Below, in pieces: positions 50,243-62,540 of a DNA stretch of 64,000 nt; the first letter of the stretch is position 1; every line of letters starts with the position of its first letter. The translations under genes were made by a program, and so were the position numbers. Below the pieces are notes generated by a model, which saw only the letters and a program-made list of their open reading frames with translations, was not told the DNA's origin and searched no databases. Origin of the DNA: Camelus ferus (lineage: Eukaryota); contig NC_045696.1 in the NCBI RefSeq assembly GCF_009834535.1, positions 70,000,001 through 70,064,000 of the forward strand, given 5' to 3'.

Positions 50243-51402
50243 CACTTCACCCTTATTATCTGTGGTACTTCATGTTCCATTAAGTCACTACAAACACTGA
50301 AGTAGCAGCTCATGAACCACTGCTCCTGGGGAAATACAGGGCTAGATTCTGGTGGGCTCTGGTTACATTTTTGTTGACCAGTCAATATGTAATCTTATTT
50401 TGTGTGTGTTTCTGTTTAAAGACACCTTAGCTAATATATATTGTTGATTCATTAACATCGAACTTATGGTCAGCACTATAACTCATACTTAAACAAAATT
50501 TATCTAATACTTGCATTTTCTCTGTAAGGTACATCACAGCCTTCTTGAGTTTAGAAACACCAGCCAGCACTCCAGGACTATGTTTGGGGGATTTTAAAGA
50601 GTGAAATCACCAAGAAAAGGCACAAGAAGCAAAAAACATGGCAGTGAATAGGCCGGGAAAAGGACATTTGTTATGAGAACTGAAACCAGAAGGCGGAGCG
50701 TTGCTCTGTTTAACCTCAGCTGTGAGTGGCGTGTGGGGCAACTCAGTTGTTTTTTGCCGCTCTGCATGTGACTATGTGTGTGTGAATGACTGCAGAAGCC
50801 CCTCACGTGTTGATGTGAAGGGTTCAAACACATTTAGTTTTTTTGGTACTTAGAGTGTTTATTACTGTGTTTTATCTTTTATAGACATTTTGCATTCTTC
50901 TTTTACATGTGTTAAATACTATGCAATTTTTTAATTTACTAAAAATAAGAAACAGTTTCTGCCCTCAAGGGGTTTCCAGTCTGCTGCTGTAGTCTGAGTG
51001 GCAATCACACTACTCTTCCCTCTTGAGTTTCAGCCAATTGAGAAATTGACACAGGGCTCAAAGTATCGGCTTTATTGTTGGCATAGTTGGATTTGAGAAA
51101 GCGGAGGCCAAATCATTTTCTCCTAATGTAAACTAGAGGTCTCCTGCTGACCTCTCCCCAAGTGGGAGGGTCTATCTGCCACCAGGGAGGAGGAGGAGGC
51201 AGGAGAGAAATCACTGAAGGGAAAAGGAGAAACGGGGCCCTCCATCCTATGGAGTGAAGTGGATGCCCCTGGATAAGGCATAGCCAAACTACCAGGCTGC
51301 AGAGCTGGAGGTGACAAATGCTTGATTTGGGGGGTTACAAATAAATTTTAACGGGTAGGTGATTTCACAAATACAAAATCTACAAATAATGAGGATTGAC
51401 TG
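50243..51402. mobile_element. Tigger-family element (MER82-like), interrupted by ~500 bp of other sequence
   Basis: Imperfect TIRs CACTTCACCCTTATTATCTGTG / TACAAATAATGAGGATTGACTG|TA; body recognised over ~50243-50830 and ~51320-51402. Confidence 0.65.
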
Positions 51403-52024
51403 TATTTTGACAATGAAGACACATCTGTGTGTGTGTTTGTGTGAGTGTACGTATGTGTGTGTTCTGCAGGAGGGGTCAAGGAGGGTATAAGGGGCACTGT
51501 AAGTGCCGTAACTTTCTCATTTTTCTTGGTTGGGAATGAGGAGCTGGAACAGATACAGTAAATAGAACAGAAACTCTGTGACTGATGCACCAGTACATAA
51601 AAGCTTAAATACTTATTTTTAAACTGAAAAAGGAATCACCAGATGAACTAAAAGTAATTTTATAATGAATAAAAATCAGGAGGTAGACACTGGGTCAGTA
51701 GGGAGAAGTACTGAGTGTGCTAACACCCTCATCATTTATAATGGAGGGTCATTAGACATCGTCTTGAGTTATCAAAGCAAGAATGGGAGCAGAGTAGGGA
51801 AAGACAGCTGTTCTGACAAAGGTCAGTAGCAGGCAGAAGTTAAACATACACAGTAGTCTGAAATACAGTTTCCAGATGCCCAAAACTCCTTACCAGGAGT
51901 TCACATTGGAGGAAAATTAAATCTGAATAAATATACCTAAGTCCGGAGCAGTTCTGCATGTAGTCTCCTTCTGACCTACAGCCTACACTTATCTAAGTAT
52001 TTCAACTAAAGTTATAAGGGAGTA

Positions 52025-52137
52025 GGGGAGGGTACAGTTCAGTGGTAGAGTGTGTGCTTAATACGCACAAGGTCCTGGGTTCGATCCCCAGTACCTCCAT
52101 TTTAATAAATAAACCTAATTACTTCCCCCTACCCCAC

Positions 52138-52168
<31 letters not shown>

Positions 52169-52170
52169 AA
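52025..52170 (+). mobile_element. tRNA-derived SINE (Vic-1-like)
   Basis: GGGGAGGGTACAGTTCAGTGGTAGAG...GGGTTCGATCCCC, CCTAATTAC tail, (TAAAA)n. Confidence 0.85.
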
Positions 52171-52984
52171 GTCAACACCAGGAAAACTAAAGCAGGCTGT
52201 AAACTTCCCAGTATGAGAAAGATACATAAATGGGACAAAAAAACCAAAAACAAAAAAACCCAAAGAAAAGAGACAGGGACAATCCACACAGCAAAAGCAA
52301 TGGCCTTTTCCAGAGCATAATGCCATTATAAAAATAACTAAGACATTTAAAAATACTTGAAGTCAGGGTGGTTTCATCAAATGAAAAATAAAAATCCATT
52401 TGTTCTGTCCTTCTTGCTTTTCAGTAACTGTTAATTTTGAGGGCTCCTGGTAAAAACGCAGCAAGTCAAAAAGCTTGGTTGAACCATTCCATAGATGTTA
52501 AAGTTGGCAGTTTCTGCTGAAAAATAACTCTGACTCCACGCTTCAGGACACCTCCCTGAGTCTTCCAAGGACTCAGATATGTGTGGCACATTGACCTAAT
52601 ATTCCTCATTTGGCTCAAAATGAACAAACATTAATTAAACAGTCCCCTTCTTTGGAAAGGGCCTCATTCACAATTAATCTCTGCCACATTCCTCTCTTGG
52701 GCAGGTAGGTGGCAAGTGAAAGATGACACAATTTCTCCAGGCCACCTGGTGAGTCAGTCATAACCAGGAACAAAACCCAGCTTTACTGATGGCTAAGACC
52801 CAGAGGCTCAGCCCTACCCCGTGACTCCGCCTGCTCAATAAAATGACTAATTAAACAGTCAATTATTTACTCTGGGACTTGCTCTACAAGCACCAGATCG
52901 GTTTCAGTCCATGTTCTGAGAGAGCAAGTGATCCACAGGAAGAGAAAAATAAAAGGGGCCAACAGATGGAGAAAATGTTTACAT

Positions 52985-53282
52985 AGATGAGTAAGTTCTG
53001 GGCGTCTAGTGCACAGCATGGTGACTATAGTTAACAATATGGTACTGGATATTTGAAATTTGCTAAGAGAGTAGATCTTAAATGTTCTCATCTCACACAC
53101 ATGGACACACACACACACACAAGAGGTAACAATGTGAGGCGATGGATGTGTTAAGTAACCTTATTGGGATAATCATTTCTTACTACATACATGTATTAAG
53201 AAATCATCATGTTGTACACCTTAAACTCACACAAGGTTATTTGTCAATTATATCTCAAAAAAGCTGGGGGAAAAAGAAAAAG
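52985..53282 (+). mobile_element. L1MA-like 3' end
   Basis: CAGCATGGTGACTATAGTTAACAATA...AAATTTGCTAAGAGAGTAGATCTTAAATGTTCTCA...TTGTACACCTTAAA. Confidence 0.85.
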
Positions 53283-54279
53283 ACAATTTTACATTGTGAG
53301 CATGCCTTACTGCACAAGCTACCAGACAGTATAGAGTAAAAGGAGGAATGTGTGAGTTTGGGGCTCAATTTTTAACCACGTCTTTTCTAGAGTGAGGGAT
53401 TTCAAAGCCTCCTTAATTTTTAACTTCTTTGGGCTTCTTTGGCTCATTCTGTTTTGGAAGTTCACTCACTCCTGAGTACCAGAGCCTCTGCAAGAAGTTT
53501 CGAATAAAAGCATACATGAAAGGGTCCCGGTTATTAAGGAAGGATAGAGACCCCAGGCTTAAGGCCACTCTGCAGCTCAGAATAAGGGAGGAGCAATTCC
53601 TGGGTGTGCAAGTGCAGAGTCATTGAGAATAGGGGCCCAGGGCAAATAAATGGGTCCTGCTTTCTTAGTGGAAGAAGTCAGGACAGTGTTTCCCAGGGCA
53701 CATTTGTGTCCTTTTGGCCAGTTGCAGGTCAACTGTCTTCCCCTTCTGTTCCCTCTGCTGAAGAATGATCATCTGTAAGGTCTTGCCCCTCTCCTGAATA
53801 CCCTGAAGGACCATCTCCAGCTTGGAGCTGGGGCTTGTCTGTTCCTCCAGTTCACCTCCTACCTGGCTCTTCTCTCTCTAGCAGGAGGTGGGAGAGTGAG
53901 TCACACCACAGTTTTAAATAATTATTATAATTAAAAAAAATAGTTTTCCCAATCATTATATTATTGTGTCTGGATACCAATGTCAATCGAAGGTTTACTT
54001 TTAACTTGTATTCGATGATGGTTCTTCATCAAGGCCTTAGATAATGTTGCAAAAATTAACACTCTGTCTTAGTACCCAAGGGCTCCAAAGCCCTCCTTCT
54101 TCCCTACTTTCTCTTTCATCTTGTAACTTGACCTTCAGTTTATTTCCAGCTCCCTCTTCCCTGTCTAGCAGAAGCCTCAGCCTGCCTATCTACTTTTGTT
54201 TTCTGATATCAAAACCCTCCACCTCCCTCCTGTTTTGTAAATCACTGATATGGCCCTGTGCCCTTTCTTCTTCCTTTTA

Positions 54280-55480
54280 TTTAAGCTTTCTATTTGGAAA
54301 GAATTTTAAACTTGCAGGAAAGCTGCAGGAATTTGAAAAAACAGACACAGAACACCAATAACCCTTTACAGATTTATCTATTAACATTTTGTTACATATG
54401 CTTTATCATTTCCTATCTATTTATCCATCCCATATTTTTTTCTGAACCATTTGAGAATAAATTTGGCATTTACTTATAAATACTTCAGTTGTATTTCCTG
54501 AGAATCAGGATTTTCTCTTATATAACCATGGTACAGTTATCAACCTCAGTTAATTTAACACTGATACTATACTTTTCATTTAATTTAGTGTCCATATGCC
54601 AATTTTGTCAATTGAGCCAATAATTTATTTTATAGCATTTTTTTCCCATTATAGAATCCAATCTGAGACCAGAGATTGCCTATATTTATGCTGTTTCCTT
54701 AATCTCCTTTAATCTAGAACATTTATATGGCCCTTCTTTGTCATTTATGACATTGACCTTTCTTTTAAGAACACAGGTTCTTTAAAAAAAAAAAAAAAAA
54801 GAATACTCCTCATTTTATTTTTGTCTGATTTCCCCCCTGGTTAGAGTCTGGCTATGCGTTCCCCCCGGAACACTACACAGGGGATGCTGTGTCCTCAGTG
54901 TTACAGCTATAGGCATGTGATGTCCATCTGCTCCTCATTGGTGATGTCAAGTTTGATAACCTAGTCAAGGTGTTGTTCAATTTCTCCATCTTATAGTTAC
55001 TATTTTCTCCCCTAATCACTAATAAGCAATCTGTGGGAGACACTTTAAAACCATACAAATATTATGTTTCTCCTCAAGATCCACATCCCCATTCCAACCT
55101 CGATTTAGCATCCACTGACAATTCTTGCCTAAACAATCCTTATTATGATGATTGCAAAATGATGTTTCAACTCCAGTATTCACTCTTCATTTATCAGTTT
55201 GCATTCAGCATTATATTGTAAGAAAGAGTCCTCCTCTCTTCTCCATGTATGTATTGTTTCTTTGTTTATTTATATATTTATTTGTTATGGAATCATGGAT
55301 TCCCAATGTTTTTCAAAGGCCTATAATTCATTACTGTCCTTAACTATTTTGTCCTCAAATTATTCCAGATCTGTCAGTAGAAGCCACATCAAGCTGGCTC
55401 CTATGTCCTTGGGACATGTTTTGAAACACTCTCTCTTAATTTCTGCCATAACAAGATGCACAGGCTCATCTTAAGTTGTT
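54280..55480 (-). mobile_element. L1MC-like 3' UTR fragment
   Basis: Degenerate antisense L1 3' UTR text, similar to 24780-25680. Confidence 0.65.
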
Positions 55481-56127
55481 CCTCTCACATCCCCAACCTT
55501 TCTTCTAAGGCCATTCTTAGAACTTATTCAGAAGGATGAATGCTTAAAGGTGATGCTTGAGCAAAGAAGGAGAGGGTCCAAGAAAGGCTACCATGGTTAA
55601 CAGTTTCAGATGTTCTGAAACGCATGGAGCAATTCACATCATTCTTTCCACCACCACCCCAGGTGGGCTCTGCAGACAAAGAAAGAAGTGCTTGAACCAT
55701 GTAGATTTATTATTGAGTCCTCTACCATATGCTGGGCACTGTGAGGGATACACAAAATTATAAGACATCATTTCAAGGAGACTGTGGTCTAGCGGGATAG
55801 ACACACATGTACCTAAATACCCATAATACATCCCTGAAAGTATTTTCATTGTACTGTCAATTAAGTGCAGTTTGGGGAGTTCTGGGTTGAAGAATAGACA
55901 GTATTTATGGCTATGAGAGTTGGAGAAGGCTTCACTGAGGTGACTTTTAGTTTAGAACTTGAAAGAGGGTAGGATTTGGAAAAAATGGTTTTCTTGGTGA
56001 AAAAGATGTCGCTACTTATGAACTCTGAATCAGGTGTGACTTTGCAACTTCATTCAACTAGATCCAGCCTCTTGCTAGGTGCTATAAGGCACATAGAAAG
56101 AACTCCAATTGGTGTAGGACAGTACTC

Positions 56128-57140
56128 TTTTTTTTTTTTTTCTCTTTGCCCATTTGCTTCTCCTCCCGCTCCCCCCAGCCCTTTAAAATTGTAGTTGATT
56201 TACAATGTTGTGTTAGTTTCTAGCGTACAGTATGGTGATTCAGTCATACATGTATCTATATTCTTTTTCATATTCTTTTCATTATAGGTTATTATAAACT
56301 GTTTAATATCCTTGTACGATACAGTAGGACCTTGTTTATCTATTTTATATATAATAGTGTCTGCAAATCTCAAACTCCCAATTTATCCCTCCTCCCACTT
56401 CTCCCTTTGGTAGCCATAAATTTGTTTTCTATGTCTGTGAGTCTGTTCCTATTTTGTAAATAAGTTCATTTGTGTCATTTTTTTTTAGATTCCACATATA
56501 AGTGGTATCATATGGTATTTGTCTTTTTCTGTCTGCCTTACTTCACCTAGTATGATAATCTCTAGGTCCATCCATGTTACTACAAATGGCATGATTTTAT
56601 TCTTTTTCATAGCTGAGTAGTATTCCATTGTATACATATGCCACATTTCTCTATCCAGTCATCTGTTGGTGGACATTTAGTTTGCTTCCCTGTCTTGGCT
56701 ATTGTAAATAGTGCTGCTATGAACACTGGGGTGCATGTATCTTTTCAAATTGGAGTTTTCTCTGGAAATATGCCCAGGAGTGGTACTGCTGGATCATATG
56801 ATAACTCTATTTTTAGTTTTATAAGGAGTCTCCATACTGTTTTTCATAGTGGCTGCACCACTAACTAATTCCTACTAACACTGTAGGAGGGTTCCCCTTT
56901 TCTCCACACCCTCTCCAGCATTTATTGTTTGTGGACTGTTTGATGATGGCCATTCTGACTGGTATGAAGTGATACCTCATTGCAGTTTTGATTTGCAGTT
57001 CTCTGATAACTAGCGATATTGGGCATCTTTTCAGATGCCTATTGGCCGTCTGTATATCTTCAATGGAGAAATGTCTGTTTAGGTCTTCTGCCCATTTTTG
57101 GATTGGGGTTTGTTTGTTTGTTTTTTAATTGAGTTGTATG
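56128..57140 (-). mobile_element. Relatively young L1 3' ~1 kb, antisense to LIPH, ending ~75 bp before exon 2
   Basis: TAGTTGATTTACAATGTTGTGTTAGTTTC...ATTGTAAATAGTGCTGCTATGAACA...GATGGCCATTCTGACTGG; ORF 56638..56868 is the typical antisense-L1 pseudo-ORF. Confidence 0.92.
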
Positions 57141-57214
57141 ACCAGGATATCACTCTTGCTTAATGCCCAGCTCAGGAAAGAACCCTCACAATGTCCTCTA
57201 ACTTTTATTTTCAG

Positions 57215-57582
57215 ACACAGATGAAGAATGTCCTTCATTCACCAAACTGAGCTTTCACAGTGCAGTGGTTGGCACAGGACTAAATGTGAAGTTGATGCTC
57301 TACACAAGAAGAAACCCTACCTGTGCACAAGCCATCAACTCCACAGCTTTGGGGAACTTGAACATGACCAAGAAAACGACCTTCATTGTCCATGGATTCA
57401 GGCCAACAGGTTCCCCTCCAGTTTGGATAGGGGACTTAGTAGAGGGTTTGCTCTCTGTCGAAGACATGAACGTGGTTGTCGTAGATTGGAATCGAGGAGC
57501 AACGACTGTAATATACAACCATGCCTCTAGTAAGACCAGAAAAGTAGCAATAGTCTTGAAGGAATTTATCGACCAAATGCTG
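57215..57582 (+). CDS. LIPH: LIPH exon 2 ([25 protein letters not shown]...HGFRPTG...VDWNRGA...EFIDQML), 368 nt
   Basis: Pancreatic-lipase-family HGF and VDW motifs; ORF 57265..57606; TTTTCAG acceptor, CTG|GTAAGG donor. Confidence 0.96.
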
Positions 57583-58284
57583 GTAAGGGAGAATTCTTTT
57601 AGATAATTCTGGGCCAAGTTGAAACTGGCTCATTATCTGGATATTTGAAGCCAAGAGATATCTACAGTGAATAGGAGGACTATTTTGCAAATCTGAAAAG
57701 GCCTCAGGAAAGGTGAAGGGAAGAGCTGGAGTTAAGCCCCATAGGTATGGTTGTGCAGGTTGTGCACTGCACAGGGAACCCATCTAAGAGCACCATTGTC
57801 ACTGTAGACATTGTAGATTTATATATCTATAATTTTCTAGTGAATGACGGCAGAGTGTCCTGAAGAAGGGGCATCTTTTTCTAACTCACATAAAGATATC
57901 TTATGGGTAGAAGAGGGTCTGTCTAGGGGTTTCCTGGCTTCAATGCCTAGAGTTTCCTCAACTTCTATAGCTCCTCCTTTTCTTAGAAATGCCAAAAGGT
58001 TAGTGACCAGATTATCCAAAACCAAAACTGATACACATGGTCTTATGAAAGATTTGTGTGTGGGTATGATTTATCTTTTCAGAAGAGACTTAGAAAGATG
58101 AAATAAATCTTAAAGTTAATTTAGTAATCTATCTCATGAATTTCCCCTTTCATGAAATTAAAAATGACTTGGTATCAGGACTATTTCAGAGAATTACATC
58201 TGGTAGCCAGGGGTGACATAAATTTTACATGAGCTGCCCATCAAAGCCACAGCTCTTGGGAAAGTGAGTATTAAAATGACTCAT

Positions 58285-58286
<2 letters not shown>

Positions 58287-58315
<29 letters not shown>

Positions 58316-58316
58316 A

Positions 58317-58367
<51 letters not shown>

Positions 58368-58433
58368 GAGAGAGAGAGAAAGAAAGGAGAGAGAGAGAGA
58401 AAGCAAGAAAGCAAGAAAGAAAGAAAGAAAGAA
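58287..58433. repeat. Compound (TAAA)n(GAAA)n(GA)n microsatellite
   Basis: Read directly. Confidence 0.95.
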
Positions 58434-58972
58434 CGTTAGGTAAAAACTTAAAAATTTAAACTTAAATTTAAAAATTAATAAATAAAATTACTCATGACCA
58501 GCTTTCTTAGCAATCAGCTCCGCCCCTTTTCCTTCTTTCCTTTCCTCATTAATTGAGCCAGCATGAAGATGAAGGAGTTCATCAAAATGTTTTGTTGCCC
58601 TTCTCCTCAATTGGGAAGGTCTTAAAGATGTCTTCTTGGCTTGGATTCTAGCAGAAGAGTGAATGGAGACACTATGGCATAAAGGTTAATGCACAGGTTT
58701 GGAGCTGGACTGACTGGTTTGAATCCTGCCTTGTCCCCTCCCCAACTGCCTGACCTTGGCAGATGACTTCAACCCTGGGTTCAGTTTCCTCCTCTGCATA
58801 ATCAAAAGAACACCACTTAATTTGTGGAGCTGTTGTGACATTTCCATAAGATAATGGATATAAGGTGCTTAGAAATGTTTCCCCAAAGTCAACAGTTAAG
58901 GAAATTTCTCTAAATGTTGTCAACTCCCCAGGACTGTCACAATTTATACTGACGGACCTCTTGAAATTCCAG

Positions 58973-59081
58973 GCAGGAGAAGCTTCTCTTGATGACATTT
59001 ACATGATTGGAGTAAGTCTAGGTGCCCACATAGCTGGGTTTGTTGGAAAGATGTACAATGGCCAGCTGGGGAGAATTACAG
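58973..59081 (+). CDS. LIPH: LIPH exon 3 ([36 protein letters not shown]), 109 nt; nucleophile Ser154; gene continues beyond the window
   Basis: GxSxG motif GVSLG with Ser codon at 59015-59017; TTCCAG acceptor, ACAG|GTAAGG donor. I did not find the expected next exon (GLDPAGP) before 64000. Confidence 0.96.
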
Positions 59082-59910
59082 GTAAGGCTTCCTGTGAATG
59101 GGCACAGGGTAGCAGGCCTGGGGGAGGTGTTCCCTGGGGGAGCATGATGCAGGCCATCCAAGTCCTTGGGTTCAAAGCCAGTTACTTAACCTCTCTGAGC
59201 AAACGTCCTCTTGTGCAAAGGGAAGAACATAGTAATACTGACCTTAGTAATATTAAATTGGTTATTTCATACATTATGTGCAAAGCACTTTGTAAATTGT
59301 ATCTGCCATAGTAAAGATTGCTGGTGACTATATTTTTCTTATGGCTACAAAAACAGCTATGTCCCATGGGGATTTGATCTGTGTGCCCCAAGCAGAGAGC
59401 CTTCTTCCTTTCATTTAATCCAGGATGATTTGAGCTACATATCTAATATGTCCCCAGGCATAGCTGGAGTCTCATGGTAGGAAAAGGAGATGGGAATTTT
59501 GATGGCTGGGGCTTACTCGCTGAATATCAGCTTTCAGAACAAAGCTGAATGAAAATCCTCAGAAACACAGCAGGTAAAACTCTGAAGATTCCCTTGCTGG
59601 GTTCATTTGCTCTGTAACTTTCCACCGCTATGGATGAAGGTCTGAGGGAGGCTTTCTCTTTCAGAGACCCAAGACTTTTGGCATCCGTTACCTTTCCCAG
59701 AACCGATCCTGATGCTGGGATAGCCATTTCAAATCTAGGGAATCTCGAAGGTAGAAGCGAACAGAGGGAGGGGAGAGGTAAATGATTCAAATCCACTACA
59801 TTTGGGAGGTAACCTTTTAGAGCCACAAGTTTGAATGTGCTGCTTAACTTGACAGGTGGCCCTGGGCAAGACTCTCTCTCTCTTTCAGTCCCTCTTTCTC
59901 TCAGTCCCTT

Positions 59911-60094
<184 letters not shown>

Positions 60095-60615
60095 GTGTCT
60101 CTTCTAGCCCTGATACTTGAGATCACATTCTTTTTCCTGGCTATTTTTTTTCTCACTTTCACCCCAAAGGTTAAGGTTGCCCTCATCTTATTTACCTGCA
60201 TTCCTAGGGAAGCAAAGTTCTTTCTTAGTTTTTAAAATGATTACTATAATGTCTTTATTTTTTAAAAGTTTACTTTCCTTTCTGTGTACAAAGGATAGAT
60301 GACTTGAGTTTGCTTGTTTTCCTTATCTATTGGGAGTTTCTCTTCTGGTGTGTAGGACCTTTCCCAGTGTTGTGTTTGCAGTTGATCCTCGAAAGAAAGA
60401 AAAAAAGGAAAGAAAGAGAGGGAGGGATGGAGGAAGAAAGAAAAAAGAAGAGAAAAAAGGAAGGAAAAGAAAAGAGGGGAAAAAAAGGTTCGGATTTATA
60501 GCATTTGCGTATATACTGCATTTCCATGGTGTACCTACTCCCTCTGTGGCTGATTTTAAGCTACTGACCTGACATCACTAACCACAAAGTCTGGGAGGAG
60601 ATAAGCAAAACCTAA

Positions 60616-60752
60616 GGGAGGAGGGTATAGCTCAGCATGCATGAGGTCCTGGGTTCAATCCCTAGCACTTCCTCTTAAAGTAAATAAATAAATAGACCTA
60701 ATTACCTGCCTCCTCCCACCCTTCGCCCCGCCACCACACACACAAAATAAAA
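60616..60752 (+). mobile_element. tRNA-derived SINE (Vic-1-like) with a deletion in the head
   Basis: TATAGCTCAG joined directly to CATGCATGAGG; TSD AGATAAGCAAAA(C/T)CT. Confidence 0.85.
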
Positions 60753-62187
60753 GATAAGCAAAATCTGCTCTCTCCAGGGCTGTGCTGGTGCCGGGGCAGG
60801 GGCGTTCCTCTAGCCCACGACTGCCGTGACTACCGTATTCTACCGGCAAACACCACCCTCTGCCATTTTGCAATTCAGCCTCCCAGCGAACCTGTTTCCT
60901 TGACTACTTTGAATGTGAATGCACTGTAACCTGGTCTCTGACCATGGAAATTCCCCAAGCCAGCCTCCCTTCTGGCCCTACTCTGTGGCCTGGACTTAGC
61001 CAACAGACCACAGCTCAAAGTTCTGTCTTCTCTGACTGCCCCATGGTCTCCCAATTCCTCATCATCTCGGAGCCCAAGGTCAGTCTCACCTGTCCCTGAG
61101 AGCTGTTATAGGAGTAAAGCGTTTCTCTTCCCCGCTCACCTCCCACTGCCTTGCCTGAGTGGGATCACCACGCTGTGGAACAGGAATACCACCTGTTACC
61201 CAAGGACACAATCCTGTCCCAGCTCCCGAGCGTCGGGTGGTTCTGCTTGCTAATTATCTAGGCCAGAATGGCTGCTGCTTCTCTCCCATCCTCCCCTCCT
61301 TTTTTTTTTTTTTAAGTGTAAGGGTTTTTTAAAATTATGTGATATATAGGCTAAATATTTCACATGTTCTGATTCCTTCCACCATCCATCACCTTCTGTC
61401 TCCCAATGTTTGAATCATAATCTTTCAGAAAGCCCTTACAAAAAGAATTTTTGCTCCGTCCACAGTTGTCATGTCAGTCAGTCTTGCCACAATTCTTTCA
61501 GTTGGGCTTCTTTGATCTCCAGTGGAATATGGACACACTTCAAAACTCCTCCACCTGTAACCTTTGGGATCCAGTTTCCTCAAGCAATGGACTTTAGGAC
61601 TATATTTAAGGTCAGAGGAGATGGGTCTGCCTGGTTCTGAATTTTAGACCCCTTCTAAACATGCATTAAGTTCAAATTATATTCACTCCTAAGCTATCAC
61701 ACCCTAGAACAGTACTGATGGTTGAGAGAGGTCAATACTTAGGGTAAAAAGTTTGACTGTTAGGTTTTTCATTGTTTATTGAGCAGCTATGTCATGTCAT
61801 TCTTTCCCATAGTTCTGCATTATTATACCACTGCACGCATATTACACTCCTACGTAGTTCTGTGAATAAAGGGGCCCATTTCCCTTTTTGTCTTCTCTTC
61901 TTCCTTCCTTCTGCTTTTCTTCTGGCACATCTCGGGATTTTACTTTTCATTAACTCCTTCAACAGAAGATGGCAGAAGAAGAATGGATTTAAAAACATTT
62001 CAAGTACCTACATCATTTGATAACATTAAATTTGATTCTTAAACTTCAGGGTGCAATAAATCACCTTGGGGTGCCGGATACAATGCTGACTTGCTGAATT
62101 GGAATCTCTGAGGTTAGAGTCCAGGATTCTGTACTTTTAACCAGAAGATGCAGGTGGTCTGGACACCACACTTTAAGAAATGACCAT

Positions 62188-62540
62188 AGAGCTGTGTTGT
62201 CTGATATGGTAGCCAAGAGCCACATGTGCCACCGATCACCTGAAATGATGCTAATATGAACTGAGATGTGCTATAAGTTCAAAACATACACTGGATTTTG
62301 AAGACTAGGTACAAAAAAAGAATATTTAAAAATCTCAAAAATTTTAATATTATTTAAATGATAATATTGTGGGTATACTGGGTTAAATAAACTGGGTTAA
62401 ATATAATGTATTATTAAAATTTTTCTTGTTTCTTTTTACTTTTTTAAGAGGTTGCTAAAAATTTTTAAATTATAAATGTGGCTCACATTATATTTCTTTT
62501 TTTTTTTTTTTACATTATATTTCTGTTGGACAGCACTGCC
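62188..62540. mobile_element. MER33/MER3-like hAT-Charlie MITE
   Basis: GCTGTGTTGTCTGATATGGTAGCCA...CCACATGTG ... TATATTTCTGTTGGACAGCACTG. Confidence 0.75.

Noticed and set aside
52025..52095. tRNA-like sequences (this and the other copies) as tRNA genes
   Set aside because: They have SINE tails, TSDs and broken stems, so they are SINE heads.
52632..52860. 13-bp direct repeat TAATTAAACAGTC flanking ~200 bp, as a novel insertion with TSD
   Set aside because: The interior resembles a decayed MIR core with no poly(A) tail; chance or a small duplication is as likely.
58865..59311. 148-aa ORF as a stand-alone gene
   Set aside because: It is LIPH exon 3 with open intronic flanks; strong splice sites bound 58973-59081.
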